A DNA stretch of 64,000 bases from Fulvitalea axinellae (GTDB lineage Bacteria > Bacteroidota > Bacteroidia > Cytophagales > Cyclobacteriaceae), in NCBI RefSeq assembly GCF_036492835.1, contig NZ_AP025314.1, forward strand, positions 2,210,010 to 2,274,009, read 5' to 3'. Positions 1-9,987 of the stretch are shown in pieces. The translations under genes were made by a program, and so were the position numbers. The notes below the pieces were generated by a model. The model worked only from the letters and a program-made list of their open reading frames with translations. It was not told the origin of the DNA and searched no databases. How positions within the stretch are numbered: position 1 is the stretch's first letter; every line of letters begins with the position of its first letter.

Positions 1-526
1 GGGCGAAGCTTATTTCGATGTCGAAAGGGATGAAGACAAACCGTTTACTGTGAAGTCGAGCGAATTGGTGACGACTGTGCTGGGTACGGAGTTCAATGTA
101 AAGACATTTGAAAACGGAAACGGCGAGGTTGCGGTAGCCGAAGGAAAGGTGAAAGTGTCCGGCTCTGACTCTACGCAAGAGGAAAAAGGCTATGTGCTAA
201 CCGTGGGCGAAGAGGTGGTTTATGACAAAGCCTCGGACGAAATGCGGAAGGCTGTCGCCGATCTGGATATTCTGCTTTGCTGGAAAAGGGAAAAGCTCGT
301 TTTCGACGGCGTAAAGCTCTCCAAAGCCTTCGCGATGTTGGAAGTGCGGTTCGGCAAGGAAATCCATGTGGTTGACGCCGAGGTGAATGATTGTGAGATT
401 TTCGGAATGTACGAGGATGAGGATTTGGCCCACATTCTCAAGACTATGAGTTTCGCCGTCGGTTTTGAAATGGAGTTTTCGGAGCGCGACGGGACTATTT
501 TGATAAAGGGAAAAGGGTGTCGCTAA
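1..526 (+). CDS. FecR-like anti-sigma factor, C-terminal part (5' end outside window)
   Basis: The open frame runs in from the window edge; positions 2 onward translate to GEAYFDVERDEDKPFTVKSSELVTTVLGTEFNV, the typical FecR-domain signature. It lies directly upstream of a SusC with an STN domain, the classic trans-envelope signalling arrangement. Confidence 0.8.
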   Translation, partial: GEAYFDVERDEDKPFTVKSSELVTTVLGTEFNVKTFENGNGEVAVAEGKVKVSGSDSTQEEKGYVLTVGEEVVYDKASDEMRKAVADLDILLCWKREKLVFDGVKLSKAFAMLEVRFGKEIHVVDAEVNDCEIFGMYEDEDLAHILKTMSFAVGFEMEFSERDGTILIKGKGCR

Positions 527-777
527 CAGTTTTTTGAGCCACTGCTTTTCTGTTTTCTAAATTAAAATTGAGTTTTGAAATATAGCTTGGGGATAGCCCC
601 GGGCTAGCGGATCATGTTTTTGACGAATAAAAAATCGCAAAGCCCGAGAGTGAGTTTTTTCGGTTGGGCGTATTATGAGAATTTAATTTAGGAAGTGACT
701 GACCGGACCAAGTACCACCCCGGCCGGACAGCCACCGATGTCTAAATAATCTTCAACTATTTAAACAGTGCAAAAGT

Positions 778-3700
778 ATGGGAAAAATTCTATCTAATGC
801 AATCGTAAGGCGCACATTGTCGTTGACGGTGTTTTTTTGCGTCCTTTTTTCGTCCGTCGCCATATCCAGTGATATTGGAAGCCAATCGGACGTTGCGGAA
901 TCCGGCGAGCGGATGACCCTGAAAGTGCGGGGCGTTACGCTTGAGAATGTTTTTTCTATGATAGAGGCCCAAACCTCTTTTAAGTTTATTTATCGGAAAG
1001 ACAACGGCGAGACCAGCAAGAAGGTAACGCTTATGATGGAACGGGAAGATCTGAACACCGTTCTTAAGGAAATCGGCAAACAGACGGGGGCCAGCTTCCA
1101 GACAGTAAAGAATTCTATTTCTGTCAAAATTGGAGAAACGCCGAAAGGGGCCGTAAAATCAAAAAAACAACAGGAGCGCAGGCTAAAAGGCAAAGTGACC
1201 GATGCCGACTCCGGCGAAGCGCTGATCGGCGCTACGGTAATGATCAAGGGCACTACGCAGGGAACCACAACTAATATGGAGGGTGTTTTTGACTTGCCTT
1301 TGCCGGCTGGCGCCACGGCCGTTATCGTCTCTTTTGTCGGGTATACGGAGGAGGAGCTTGAGATCGCCAACAGCTCATTCATCGATATCAAACTGCGCCC
1401 GGATATGTCAACCCTCGGCGAGGTGGTGGTGACGGCCATCGGCATCAAGAGAGAGAAAGCCAAATTGGGATATGCCATCAGCGAAGTGTCGGGATCGGAA
1501 ATCGCCGAGTCGGTTGACAATAACGTTTTCAATTCCCTGAAAGGAAAAGTGCCGGGGATGGTGATCAATACCGCTACGGGCGGTTCCACGGGATCCTCAA
1601 ACGTGGTGCTTCGCGGTTATTCCACCGTTCAGGGCGATAACCAAGCGCTGATCGTTGTCGACGGTATTCCTTATTCCAATAATTCGTTCGGTCAGGGAAA
1701 CAGCAACAGCGGGATTGACTTGGGTAGCGGTATCGGCGATATCAACCCTGAGGATATCGAGAGCGTAACGGTTTTGAAAGGCGCCAACGCCTCGGCTTTG
1801 TACGGATCCAGGGCCATAAACGGCGCTATTGTGATCACTACCAAAAAAGGAAGCGGCAAGAAAGGCTGGGGAGTCCAGTTTTCGAGCAGTATGGTAGTGA
1901 AGGAAATGGGTTTCGAGCCGGACTTGCAAAACGAATACGGGCAGGGAGGCAGCGCCAAAACTTTCGGTGAGTTTGACGGAGTGGACGATGACGGGATGCC
2001 TTACTTGGCGCTGAACAACGTCCGGAGTTGGGGAGCGAAGTTTGACGGGCAGGATGTTAGCGTAAAATGGATCAGGGAAGAGCCCGTGAGAAAATACGTT
2101 TCGCAACCGGATAACTACAAAGACTTTTTCCGTACGGGAACAAATTTCATCAACAACCTGAGTGTCACTGGCTCCGCCGATAAAGCTACGATCAGGGTCA
2201 ATATAATGGCGAATAACCTTAAGGATATCGTACCGACATCGGAACAGGACAAGTATGGCCTGACCGTTCGCGGAACGCAACAAATAGGGGAACGCATAAA
2301 TCTCGACGCCAAGCTTTCTTATATCACCAGCCAGACCCACAATCGTCTGACTTTGGGCAACCAGCGCGGAGCGTATAGCGGTTTGGTGACGGGGCCGAGG
2401 AGTTTTTATCTTGATGACCTGAAGCGCTACAGATATCCGGTAACCGGAAAAACGTATGACCAGCACAGAACGTTCGGCGACAATATGCCTGTGGCTTGGA
2501 GTACGAGTACGGGATCCAGCGCCGGTAACCCTTATTGGGAATTGTATGAAAACCCGAACGATGACAAGCGCGACCGCCTGAACGGAATGGTGAAAGTGGG
2601 CGTGGACATTTTGCCCGGCCTTCAGGTTTTCGGCCGAATCGGTTGGGACAATTCGTATATCGAAGCCCGCAAAGTGGCGGAGAAATATTCCAGATACTAC
2701 CGCTTCGACGGGCAGTTGACCAGTTCTATGGGCGAACGCACGGAGCTGAATACCGATTTCTTGGTTTCTTACAATAAAGATATCAATTCCGATTTCTCCG
2801 TATCGGCTAACGTGGGCGGAAACAGAAGAAAAGAGGAACGGACATACAAGGAACTGCACGGTACGCATTTTACCGTAATGGATTTCAACTCGTTCAACAA
2901 TATCGAACATAGATACCAGAGCGAATCGAAGGAAGAGCGCGCGGTGAACTCCGTGTACGGTATGGTAGCTTTTTCTTACAAAAATATAGCGAACATCGAC
3001 GCCACATTGCGAAACGATTGGACTTCGACATTGCCTGACGGAAACAACTCGTTCCTTTATCCTTCGGTAAGCGGTTCGTTGGTTTTCTCGGAAGCGTTCA
3101 ATATCAAGGGCAAAATATTGTCTTTCGGTAAGTTGCGGGCTTCCTACGCCGAAGTGGGTAACGATACCAGACCGTATATCACCAAACGGGCTTACTCTTT
3201 CAACAACGACGAAATGGGCAGGGCTTACGCCTATCTCCCGAAAAGGGTTTGGAACGAAGGCTTAAAGCCGGAGCGGAACAAGTCGGTCGAGCTCGGTTTG
3301 GATCTCGGTTTTTTTGATGACAGGCTTTCTCTGGATCTGACTTGGTATCGCAGTAATGTGGTAAACCAGATTTTGGAATCGTCACCGTTGGCCATCAGCT
3401 CGGGTTATGAGAGCTGGGCTATCAACGCCGGCGAAATCCAGAATTCGGGTATAGAATTAAGCCTCTCGGCTATTCCTGTTAGGGTAGGGAAGTTCCAGTG
3501 GACAACCCGTTTCAATTATGCGGACAACGTTTCCGAGGTGGTGGCATTTGACGAGGACACCGACCAGATCGTGTTGGGCAATGGCCGTGGCGTGCAGATT
3601 TTGGCGAAAAAAGGCGAGCCGTACGGAGCCATCTACGGACGTAAATTCCTGAGAAACGATGAGGGCGTAGTGGTGGTGGACCAGCACGGCTTTCCGATGT

Positions 3701-4344
3701 ACGAAGAAGGCGACCAGCGGATCGGGAACGTAATGCCGGACTTTACGGCGGCCGTAAACAACGAGTTCAGTTACGGAAAATGGCGGATGAACGTACTGGT
3801 CGATATGTCTTTCGGCGGAGAAATCACCTCTTGGTCGGAAACGTGGATGGGACTCCGCGGTACGGCGTCCAAGACTTTGGAAGGCAGGGCCGAATGGATC
3901 CAAGCGCGTGAGAACGGAAATGTGGACGAGGAACACATCTATAGTTCCGAAGGCGGTTATGGAGAATGGGTAGGCAACAGCGTGTACGAGGACGGAACCC
4001 CGAACGAGGGCGAGAACGCCAAATACCTGAACCCGTACCGTTATTGGGACGAAATGAAAAGGGACAAAGCCGGCGAATCGACTTTGGTGGACGCTTCGTA
4101 CGTGAAGCTTCGCGAACTGAGCCTGAGTTATGATTTGACCGATTTGGCCAAGAAAATCGGAGCGCCGATAAAGAACGCCAGCCTTTCGTTTTCCGGCAGG
4201 AACTTACTTCTGTTACATTCGGATTCAGATCTTTTCGATCCCGATTCTTACAGGTTCAGCACCGGCACCAGCTCCTTGGGCATCGAGTCGGCGGCATGGC
4301 CTAGCATGCGTTCTTACGCCTTCACTTTCAGAGCTTCATTTTAA
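778..4344 (+). CDS. SusC/RagA-family TonB-dependent outer-membrane receptor with N-terminal STN signalling domain
   Basis: 1188 aa with a signal peptide. It has an STN-like N-terminus (MTLKVRGVTLENVF), a carboxypeptidase-regulatory-like domain (KGKVTDADSGEALIGATVMIKGTTQGTTTNMEGVFDL), plug motifs (TAIGIKREK, NPEDIESVTVLKGANASALYGSRAINGAIVITTKKG) and a C-terminal aromatic residue. A SusD gene follows 17 bp downstream. Confidence 0.9.
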   Translation: MGKILSNAIVRRTLSLTVFFCVLFSSVAISSDIGSQSDVAESGERMTLKVRGVTLENVFSMIEAQTSFKFIYRKDNGETSKKVTLMMEREDLNTVLKEIGKQTGASFQTVKNSISVKIGETPKGAVKSKKQQERRLKGKVTDADSGEALIGATVMIKGTTQGTTTNMEGVFDLPLPAGATAVIVSFVGYTEEELEIANSSFIDIKLRPDMSTLGEVVVTAIGIKREKAKLGYAISEVSGSEIAESVDNNVFNSLKGKVPGMVINTATGGSTGSSNVVLRGYSTVQGDNQALIVVDGIPYSNNSFGQGNSNSGIDLGSGIGDINPEDIESVTVLKGANASALYGSRAINGAIVITTKKGSGKKGWGVQFSSSMVVKEMGFEPDLQNEYGQGGSAKTFGEFDGVDDDGMPYLALNNVRSWGAKFDGQDVSVKWIREEPVRKYVSQPDNYKDFFRTGTNFINNLSVTGSADKATIRVNIMANNLKDIVPTSEQDKYGLTVRGTQQIGERINLDAKLSYITSQTHNRLTLGNQRGAYSGLVTGPRSFYLDDLKRYRYPVTGKTYDQHRTFGDNMPVAWSTSTGSSAGNPYWELYENPNDDKRDRLNGMVKVGVDILPGLQVFGRIGWDNSYIEARKVAEKYSRYYRFDGQLTSSMGERTELNTDFLVSYNKDINSDFSVSANVGGNRRKEERTYKELHGTHFTVMDFNSFNNIEHRYQSESKEERAVNSVYGMVAFSYKNIANIDATLRNDWTSTLPDGNNSFLYPSVSGSLVFSEAFNIKGKILSFGKLRASYAEVGNDTRPYITKRAYSFNNDEMGRAYAYLPKRVWNEGLKPERNKSVELGLDLGFFDDRLSLDLTWYRSNVVNQILESSPLAISSGYESWAINAGEIQNSGIELSLSAIPVRVGKFQWTTRFNYADNVSEVVAFDEDTDQIVLGNGRGVQILAKKGEPYGAIYGRKFLRNDEGVVVVDQHGFPMYEEGDQRIGNVMPDFTAAVNNEFSYGKWRMNVLVDMSFGGEITSWSETWMGLRGTASKTLEGRAEWIQARENGNVDEEHIYSSEGGYGEWVGNSVYEDGTPNEGENAKYLNPYRYWDEMKRDKAGESTLVDASYVKLRELSLSYDLTDLAKKIGAPIKNASLSFSGRNLLLLHSDSDLFDPDSYRFSTGTSSLGIESAAWPSMRSYAFTFRASF

Positions 4345-4361
4345 TCAAAACGACAGAACCA

Positions 4362-5780
4362 ATGACATCCAGATATCTTAATATACCGTTTTTGGCCCTG
4401 ATTTTTTCGTTCTGCCTCTTTTCTTGCGAAAGGGATTTCGAAGAATTCAATACAAATGGCAACGCATTGGAAGAGGTTAGCCCCGTGTTTCAGGTGGGGG
4501 AAATTACCCGCGATTTGCACCAGAGTTATTCCCAAAGCTATAATGTGGGAAGCGAGTGGCAACACCAATGGGCCCGCTCATACGGCGATACCAGAGGCTA
4601 TATTTACGACAACGGACAAGCGCACGCGTGGAAAGAAAGCTACGCCGCTTATCGCGATATTGTCGATCTGATAGGCAAAGTGGAGCCCGGCACCGCGGAA
4701 GAGAATCCGGTGATTTACTCGGTGGCTTTGGTGGCCAAAGTTTTCCACTTCCATATGCTCACCGACCTTTACGGCGACGTGCCGTATACGGAGGCGGGCC
4801 AGGGAGCCTCAGGCTTGGTGAAACCCGGATATACCGCCCAAAATGAAATCTATTCAGACTTGTTCGCTTCGTTAGACGAGGCGATCGCCCTGCTCGATGG
4901 AGCCGATAATCTTACGGGACTCAATGACATCGACCGGTTGTACGCCGGCGAAGCGGAAAAATGGCTCCGCTTCGCCAATTCTTTACGCTTGCGTATGGGA
5001 ATGCGAGTGCGCTACGCCGATCCGGCTTTGGCCGAAAGGGAAGTGGGCAAAGCGTTGGCGGAGAAGCTGATAGAAGAAAACGAGCATAACGCTAAAGTCT
5101 TTGAATTTGAGAGCCAGATGTTCCAAAAAGAAAAAGAGAACATGATGCACCCGAGTGTTTTTATGGTTGATTTTATGGCTGGAGACCCTCGGTACGATCT
5201 CTATTTCGGGCCGAATACCAAGGGCGAAATCATTGGTTACGTAAACGGATCGGTGGAGACTCAGGGCGACTTTTCGAGAATAGGCCAAGGCATAGCGATA
5301 AAAGATCGGCCGGACAGAATTATGGGAGCCTCCGAGGTTGCGTTTTTATTGGCGGAGGCTCATCTGTTCGGTATCGGTACGGCAAACGACACCGATAAGG
5401 CGAACGAGGCTTACCGGAAAGGAATACGGACCAGTATGGAATTTTGGGGAGTTGAAGCCGGACCGATCGAAGAGTTTTTGACAAAGGAAAAAACAACTTT
5501 GTCGGGAACGGACGAAGAAAAGCTCGAAATGGTAATAATGCAAAAATGGGCCGACCTGATCGATAATGGTGTGGAGACTTATGCCGAGGGTAGGCGTACG
5601 GGATATCCGGTGATTGCGCAACGCAAAGACGCCGGGCTTTTCGTCCTCGGCGATACCGACGGCGTGATGCCTAGAAAATGCAAATACCCGGAAAGCGAGG
5701 CTTTCTACAATACGGAAAACTTCCAGAAGATGTCAGCGCAACACGACTTTCTGACCAAGGTGTGGTGGGATAAAAAATAA
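4362..5780 (+). CDS. SusD/RagB-family nutrient-binding outer-membrane lipoprotein
   Basis: 472 aa with a lipoprotein signal (LALIFSFCLFSCERD). Size, position directly after SusC, and helical TPR-like composition with conserved W/Y-rich stretches are typical of SusD-like proteins. Confidence 0.85.
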   Translation: MTSRYLNIPFLALIFSFCLFSCERDFEEFNTNGNALEEVSPVFQVGEITRDLHQSYSQSYNVGSEWQHQWARSYGDTRGYIYDNGQAHAWKESYAAYRDIVDLIGKVEPGTAEENPVIYSVALVAKVFHFHMLTDLYGDVPYTEAGQGASGLVKPGYTAQNEIYSDLFASLDEAIALLDGADNLTGLNDIDRLYAGEAEKWLRFANSLRLRMGMRVRYADPALAEREVGKALAEKLIEENEHNAKVFEFESQMFQKEKENMMHPSVFMVDFMAGDPRYDLYFGPNTKGEIIGYVNGSVETQGDFSRIGQGIAIKDRPDRIMGASEVAFLLAEAHLFGIGTANDTDKANEAYRKGIRTSMEFWGVEAGPIEEFLTKEKTTLSGTDEEKLEMVIMQKWADLIDNGVETYAEGRRTGYPVIAQRKDAGLFVLGDTDGVMPRKCKYPESEAFYNTENFQKMSAQHDFLTKVWWDKK

Positions 5781-5814
5781 GATTGATCCCAAATTAAGAA
5801 CCCGTCAATACGTT

Positions 5815-5866
5815 TAGAAGAACGTCCGAATCGGTCTAGCCCACCGAGGAGGACGTTCTTTTTTAT
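5815..5866. terminator. Bidirectional rho-independent terminator between convergent SusD and the reductase gene
   Basis: Stem agaagaacgtcc...ggacgttct with a loop, followed by a TTTTTT run. It lies between a + gene ending at 5780 and a - gene ending at 5944. Confidence 0.5.
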
Positions 5867-5943
5867 AAAAGGCAAGGACCTAACATCAGGTAAGCTTTAG
5901 AAACAGTTGGTGTACCTAATACCTAATACCAAATACAGCCACT

Positions 5944-7017
5944 CTACTTGTCAAAATCAATTTTAACCTTTTCACTCACCGGATAAGCTTGGCAAGTGAG
6001 AATCGCTCCGTTTTTAATTTCCTCTTCGGTTAGGGCAAAACAGGATTTCATTTCCGTTTTTCCGTTTACCAAAGTAGCTGTGCAAGTTCCGCAAACTCCG
6101 CTTTCGCAGGAGTAGGGTACATCGGCGCCGGAATCGAGCAAGGATCGAAGGATCGTGTTGCCGGATTTCACTTCCGTTTTTATGGTTTTTCCGTCTAAAG
6201 AGGCTTCCAATTCGGCGTTGTCGACAGGGGTGACGGTTTTGTCAAGGTTACTGTCGGAGTGGCCGAACATCTCTATTTTGATTTGCTCGGAAGGTACGCC
6301 CAATGAAAGCAAAGTGTCGCGGACGCAGAGATTCATCGCTTCCGGCCCGCAGACGAAATACTCGGTGCTTTGCGCTATCGGCGGATGCTCGTTGATAAAG
6401 GCTTCCAAGCTTTTGGCGTCGATGCGCCCTTTTTTGCCTTCCCATTGCTTCCAGCTCGACCAGACTTTTGGAGAGCTTAGCGTATGGCAAACCTTTAACC
6501 GGTCAAGATGATTCAGCCTAAGCTTTTCGAGTTCTTTCTCGAAAATAATGCTGTCTTGGTCCTTGTTTCCGTAGAAAAGATTGATAGTGTTGGTCTTCGA
6601 TTGATGCAAAGCCGAGCGCAAAATTGACATAATCGGCGTTATGCCGCTTCCGGCCGCAATCAGGAAATATGTTTTGTATTCGTCCGGCTGTATTTCGGCT
6701 TTGAAACTGCCCAAGGGCAAAGTCGCTTCCACGGTATCGCCCGGCTTTAGGTTGTCATTGATAAAGTTCGACACGATTCCCTTTTTTACCCTTTTTACGG
6801 TAACGCTCGGAGCTTCCGTTCCGAACGGGTTACTGTTTAGGGAATAGCTTCTGCGGTGTTCCGTATTGTCGATCAAGAATCGGAAAGTAAGGTGTTGGCC
6901 GGGCAGAAAACAGAAGTCGGATTTTATTTCTTCCGGAATATCAAAACTGACCGTTACGGCCTCGCAGGTGGCGGGCTGTACGTCCGCTACTCGCAGTTTG
7001 TGGAAATGTGTGGCCAT
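5944..7017 (-). CDS. Oxygenase reductase component: FNR-type FAD/NAD(P)-binding domain fused to C-terminal plant-type 2Fe-2S ferredoxin
   Basis: The ORF is 5944..7119, but the likely start is MATHFHKL at 7017, directly abutting the stop of the upstream Rieske gene at 7022. It has an RSYSLNS FAD-binding motif, an NAD-binding segment (YFLIAAGSGITP) and a C-terminal CESGVCGTCTATL 2Fe-2S cysteine cluster. Confidence 0.8.
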   Translation of the reverse strand: MATHFHKLRVADVQPATCEAVTVSFDIPEEIKSDFCFLPGQHLTFRFLIDNTEHRRSYSLNSNPFGTEAPSVTVKRVKKGIVSNFINDNLKPGDTVEATLPLGSFKAEIQPDEYKTYFLIAAGSGITPIMSILRSALHQSKTNTINLFYGNKDQDSIIFEKELEKLRLNHLDRLKVCHTLSSPKVWSSWKQWEGKKGRIDAKSLEAFINEHPPIAQSTEYFVCGPEAMNLCVRDTLLSLGVPSEQIKIEMFGHSDSNLDKTVTPVDNAELEASLDGKTIKTEVKSGNTILRSLLDSGADVPYSCESGVCGTCTATLVNGKTEMKSCFALTEEEIKNGAILTCQAYPVSEKVKIDFDK

Positions 7018-7021
7018 GGCT

Positions 7022-8194
7022 TTACGATTTTTGATTTTCCGAATCCACCCATTTCTGTATCCGTTCCTGAAAACCCCTAACGGTGCTTTCGCCGTGTTGG
7101 GCCGTAGCCTCCACGCCAAAGAGCGGGTTGCTTAACGATTTCTGCTGTTGTTCGCAGACGTAGATGTCTTCCTGCATAAAATCTCCGCTGGCCATCGGGT
7201 CGTCCTCGTCGTAGTTGCCGTATTTGGTATCCATTCCCATGATTTTCGGCCACCATTTCTTCGAAGACTCGCTTTGCTTGTAATATTCCATATCGGTCAT
7301 CGGCTGTAGTTTGGTTCTTACGATGACTTTGGTCTTGTCGGGAGCCAAAGGAATGGCCACGAACACGCTCCAGCTTGATTCGCTTTCGGCCAATCCGACA
7401 TTCGGGAATAGCCAAGGAACGTAAGCGCCCAAGTGTTCGTCAGTCATTTCCGTGATGCGTTTGAAAGGCATCAGTTTGTCCAGGTTATCTCGATAATCCT
7501 TTGCCAGGGGTTCGCGGAAGAGGTAGTGGTCGCCTACGAATCCGAATTCGGCTTTGGCGTGGTCGTACATATTCAGCGTGCTGGAATGCAGATGCGCCAA
7601 GTGGTAAACGTCTATATAGTTTTCCGCCACAATCTTCCAGTTGGCGTTGATCGTTTTCTCATAGCCCGTATCCGGGTATTCGAGTAGTTTGTCGGGGTTG
7701 TGCGGGCCCAATTTTTCTTTGCAGCCCCTAAACCACTCCGCGATACTTGGCGCTTCCGGCGACGGATGCGCCCAAACCATTCCTCTCCAAATGTCTACGG
7801 ACGCCTTGTGGAGGCAAATTTTTCCCATATCCAAATCCGGAAATTCCTTTTCCTTTTCGGGAACATTTACCAATTGGCCGGTAAGGTCGTAGGTCCAGTC
7901 GTGATAAGGGCAGGTGATGGCCTTTTGCGCTTTGCCGACGGCACGGAGCAATTGTGTGCCACGGTGGCGACAAAGGTTATGAAAAGCCCGGAGACGCTGG
8001 TCACGGCCTTTTACGACAAGGATATTCTGCTTGCCGCACTGTACTGTGATATAGTCTCCGGGATTCTTCAGGTCTTCCGGAAATCCGGCGAATTGCCAAG
8101 TGTTTCCGAATATCTTTTCCTGTTCCATTTCAAGCCATTCGGTGGAAGTGTAGGCCTCAACGGGCAGGACGGGCATCTTTCGGTCTTTGTTCAT
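7022..8194 (-). CDS. Rieske [2Fe-2S] non-heme-iron oxygenase, alpha (catalytic) subunit
   Basis: 390 aa with the Rieske motif CRHRGTQLL...CPYHDW (CxH-x17-CxxH) near the N-terminus. The C-terminal mononuclear-iron catalytic region has conserved His/Asp residues (DVYHLAHLH). It is translationally coupled to the reductase gene. Confidence 0.85.
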   Translation of the reverse strand: MNKDRKMPVLPVEAYTSTEWLEMEQEKIFGNTWQFAGFPEDLKNPGDYITVQCGKQNILVVKGRDQRLRAFHNLCRHRGTQLLRAVGKAQKAITCPYHDWTYDLTGQLVNVPEKEKEFPDLDMGKICLHKASVDIWRGMVWAHPSPEAPSIAEWFRGCKEKLGPHNPDKLLEYPDTGYEKTINANWKIVAENYIDVYHLAHLHSSTLNMYDHAKAEFGFVGDHYLFREPLAKDYRDNLDKLMPFKRITEMTDEHLGAYVPWLFPNVGLAESESSWSVFVAIPLAPDKTKVIVRTKLQPMTDMEYYKQSESSKKWWPKIMGMDTKYGNYDEDDPMASGDFMQEDIYVCEQQQKSLSNPLFGVEATAQHGESTVRGFQERIQKWVDSENQKS

Positions 8195-8231
8195 GGGTGG
8201 TGGGTTTGTGGTGGAGCGGGTTTATTGTGAA

Positions 8232-9107
8232 TTAATTGATGGGTACATGGAGCTCGACTTTCAGTAGGTTTCCTTCTTTGTCGGAACGGTAGACTTCGTA
8301 AGCGTTCGAAAGCCCTTCGTCAAGGTCTGATTGAGAAATCTTGGCCCAAAGTTCTCCCAGCCAACTTTCGTAATTGTTAGGGTTGGAAGTGAAAACCGCA
8401 TATTCACTGGGTTTGATTTTGATTGTGGACATAGAATCCGGCGTTTTGGCTTTATTTTTTTTAAAGCCAACACTTAATGTATAGGCTTCTTCGGATGCCC
8501 AATTGTAATCATTGTAAACCACGTAAAGCGGTTCGCCATAGAGATTGTCGGGAGTGGTCAGGGATTCGGCCCCGGAATAGAATTTATAGATTAAGTTTTG
8601 GACCTGTCCGGCGCTATCGGTGGAATTGGGGATGAATTTCATCGAGATTCCCGTAATCAACAGCGTGTCGTTTAGATCTTGGGTTTGGTACTTCAGGCTT
8701 ATTTTTCCTTCCTCCGAAATATCGGGTATTCGATCGTTTTTGGTTTCTGTGGTTGCGGAATCGCTTGTTGTTAATTTTCCGGGAATAGTGTCGTTTAGCT
8801 TCAGGCTATCGGGTTCGGTAAATTTCCCTACGGATCTTCCCACAAAAGCTTTGGGACCGTAAGGCTCTTCGGTTACGCTGAAATAAAGGCTGTAGGCCGA
8901 AAGCGATAGCCAAGTGAAAATTATAATCCAATAAAGGATCGGGTTGTCTTTTCTTTCCACAGGTTCGATAAAGAATGTAGTGCCGAACCTGATGTCGGGA
9001 ATAACCCAGACTAGGAACATGACGCCCCATACCCAAGTCCAGTTTTGGAAGATGGCGACGTAAAGCAGGCAAAGGCCGAGTATGGCTCTGATCTTGTATT
9101 TTCTCAT
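8232..9107 (-). CDS. Membrane-anchored GyrI-like (effector-binding/SRPBCC-like) domain protein
   Basis: 291 aa. The N-terminus has two hydrophobic helices (ILGLCLLYVAIF, VMFLVWVI, IIIFTWLSLSAYSLYF). The C-terminal approx. 110 aa end in AYEVYRSDKEGNLLKVELHVPIN, typical of GyrI-like small-molecule binding domains. Confidence 0.55.
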   Translation of the reverse strand: MRKYKIRAILGLCLLYVAIFQNWTWVWGVMFLVWVIPDIRFGTTFFIEPVERKDNPILYWIIIFTWLSLSAYSLYFSVTEEPYGPKAFVGRSVGKFTEPDSLKLNDTIPGKLTTSDSATTETKNDRIPDISEEGKISLKYQTQDLNDTLLITGISMKFIPNSTDSAGQVQNLIYKFYSGAESLTTPDNLYGEPLYVVYNDYNWASEEAYTLSVGFKKNKAKTPDSMSTIKIKPSEYAVFTSNPNNYESWLGELWAKISQSDLDEGLSNAYEVYRSDKEGNLLKVELHVPIN

Positions 9108-9212
9108 TCGCGTAGATTGGTGGCGCAGTGATGCAAAAGTAGCGTCAGCGTTTTTCTAAGAATTTGATACAGGTCAAAAAAAGCCCCGGATATTTCCGGG
9201 GCTGAGTGTTCA

Positions 9213-9776
9213 TTATGACGATGAGCGGATTCGGCTTAGCGTTTCTTGCGAAATGCCGAGGTGCGTGGCGATATCGCCTAGCTTTACCCGAAGCTCTATA
9301 TCGGGAAAATATTCGAGAAGCCGGACATAGCGTTCCTTTGCCGAAAGAAACATGTAGCCTTTTCCGTAGTAGTCTATAAAAGCGACTTGCTCTTCTGAGA
9401 GTATTCTGCAGAAGCGTTCGAAAGCGGGGTGCTTTTCCTGCAAGTTCACGTAATGTTTGTGGTCTATGGAATAGAGTATGGAGTCTTCAGTGGCTTTGAT
9501 GTATTCGAAACTGGGCTCCAAAGTCAAGAAACTGTACCACGAGGTGACAAAAAAGCCTTCTTTGTAAAACCAAGATGTGATTTCCTTATCGTCGTGATAA
9601 TAGTAAGTGCGTATGATGCCCGTATCTAGATAGTAAAGCTTTCTGCATGTGCGCCCTTCGGTAAGTAAAACATCGTTTTTCTTGATTTCTTCTTTCCTGA
9701 AAAGGCTTCGTATATCCGCCTCCAGATCCTCCGGAATAGGTGTCCGGGCTTTGATATCAGCTAATAATCGGTCCAT
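9213..9776 (-). CDS. Crp/Fnr-family transcriptional regulator
   Basis: 187 aa. It has an N-terminal cNMP-binding-like beta-roll (CRKLYYLDTGIIRTYYYHDDKEITSWF) and a C-terminal HTH (DIATHLGISQETLSRIRS). Confidence 0.85.
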   Translation of the reverse strand: MDRLLADIKARTPIPEDLEADIRSLFRKEEIKKNDVLLTEGRTCRKLYYLDTGIIRTYYYHDDKEITSWFYKEGFFVTSWYSFLTLEPSFEYIKATEDSILYSIDHKHYVNLQEKHPAFERFCRILSEEQVAFIDYYGKGYMFLSAKERYVRLLEYFPDIELRVKLGDIATHLGISQETLSRIRSSS

Positions 9777-9987
9777 AGGTCTGTGTGTGAAAGATCGTTT
9801 AGGGCTGTAAAATATGAGCTAAGTATGTCAATTGAAAAGAAGGAGCCCGATTTTTTCATATGTATGAGAATGGTGCCAAACGTTCATAGAAAATGGAATT
9901 TTTGTAAACTCTGAGGAAACTTTAAGCAAGAAACATTGTGTCGTGTGATAGGGTTCAATAATGAATCCGCAAGTCTTTTAAGCCCGA

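Noticed and set aside
1597-2910. 437-aa antisense ORF inside the SusC gene (and similar long antisense ORFs at 990..1589 and 3457..3936)
   Set aside because: It is entirely nested in a strongly supported TonB-receptor CDS on the opposite strand. The Arg/His/Val-rich low-complexity translation is typical of shadow ORFs in GC-skewed codon third positions.
4456-4846. 71-aa and 96-aa + strand ORFs inside the SusD gene in other frames
   Set aside because: They are alternative frames of a supported CDS with Arg-rich nonsense translations.
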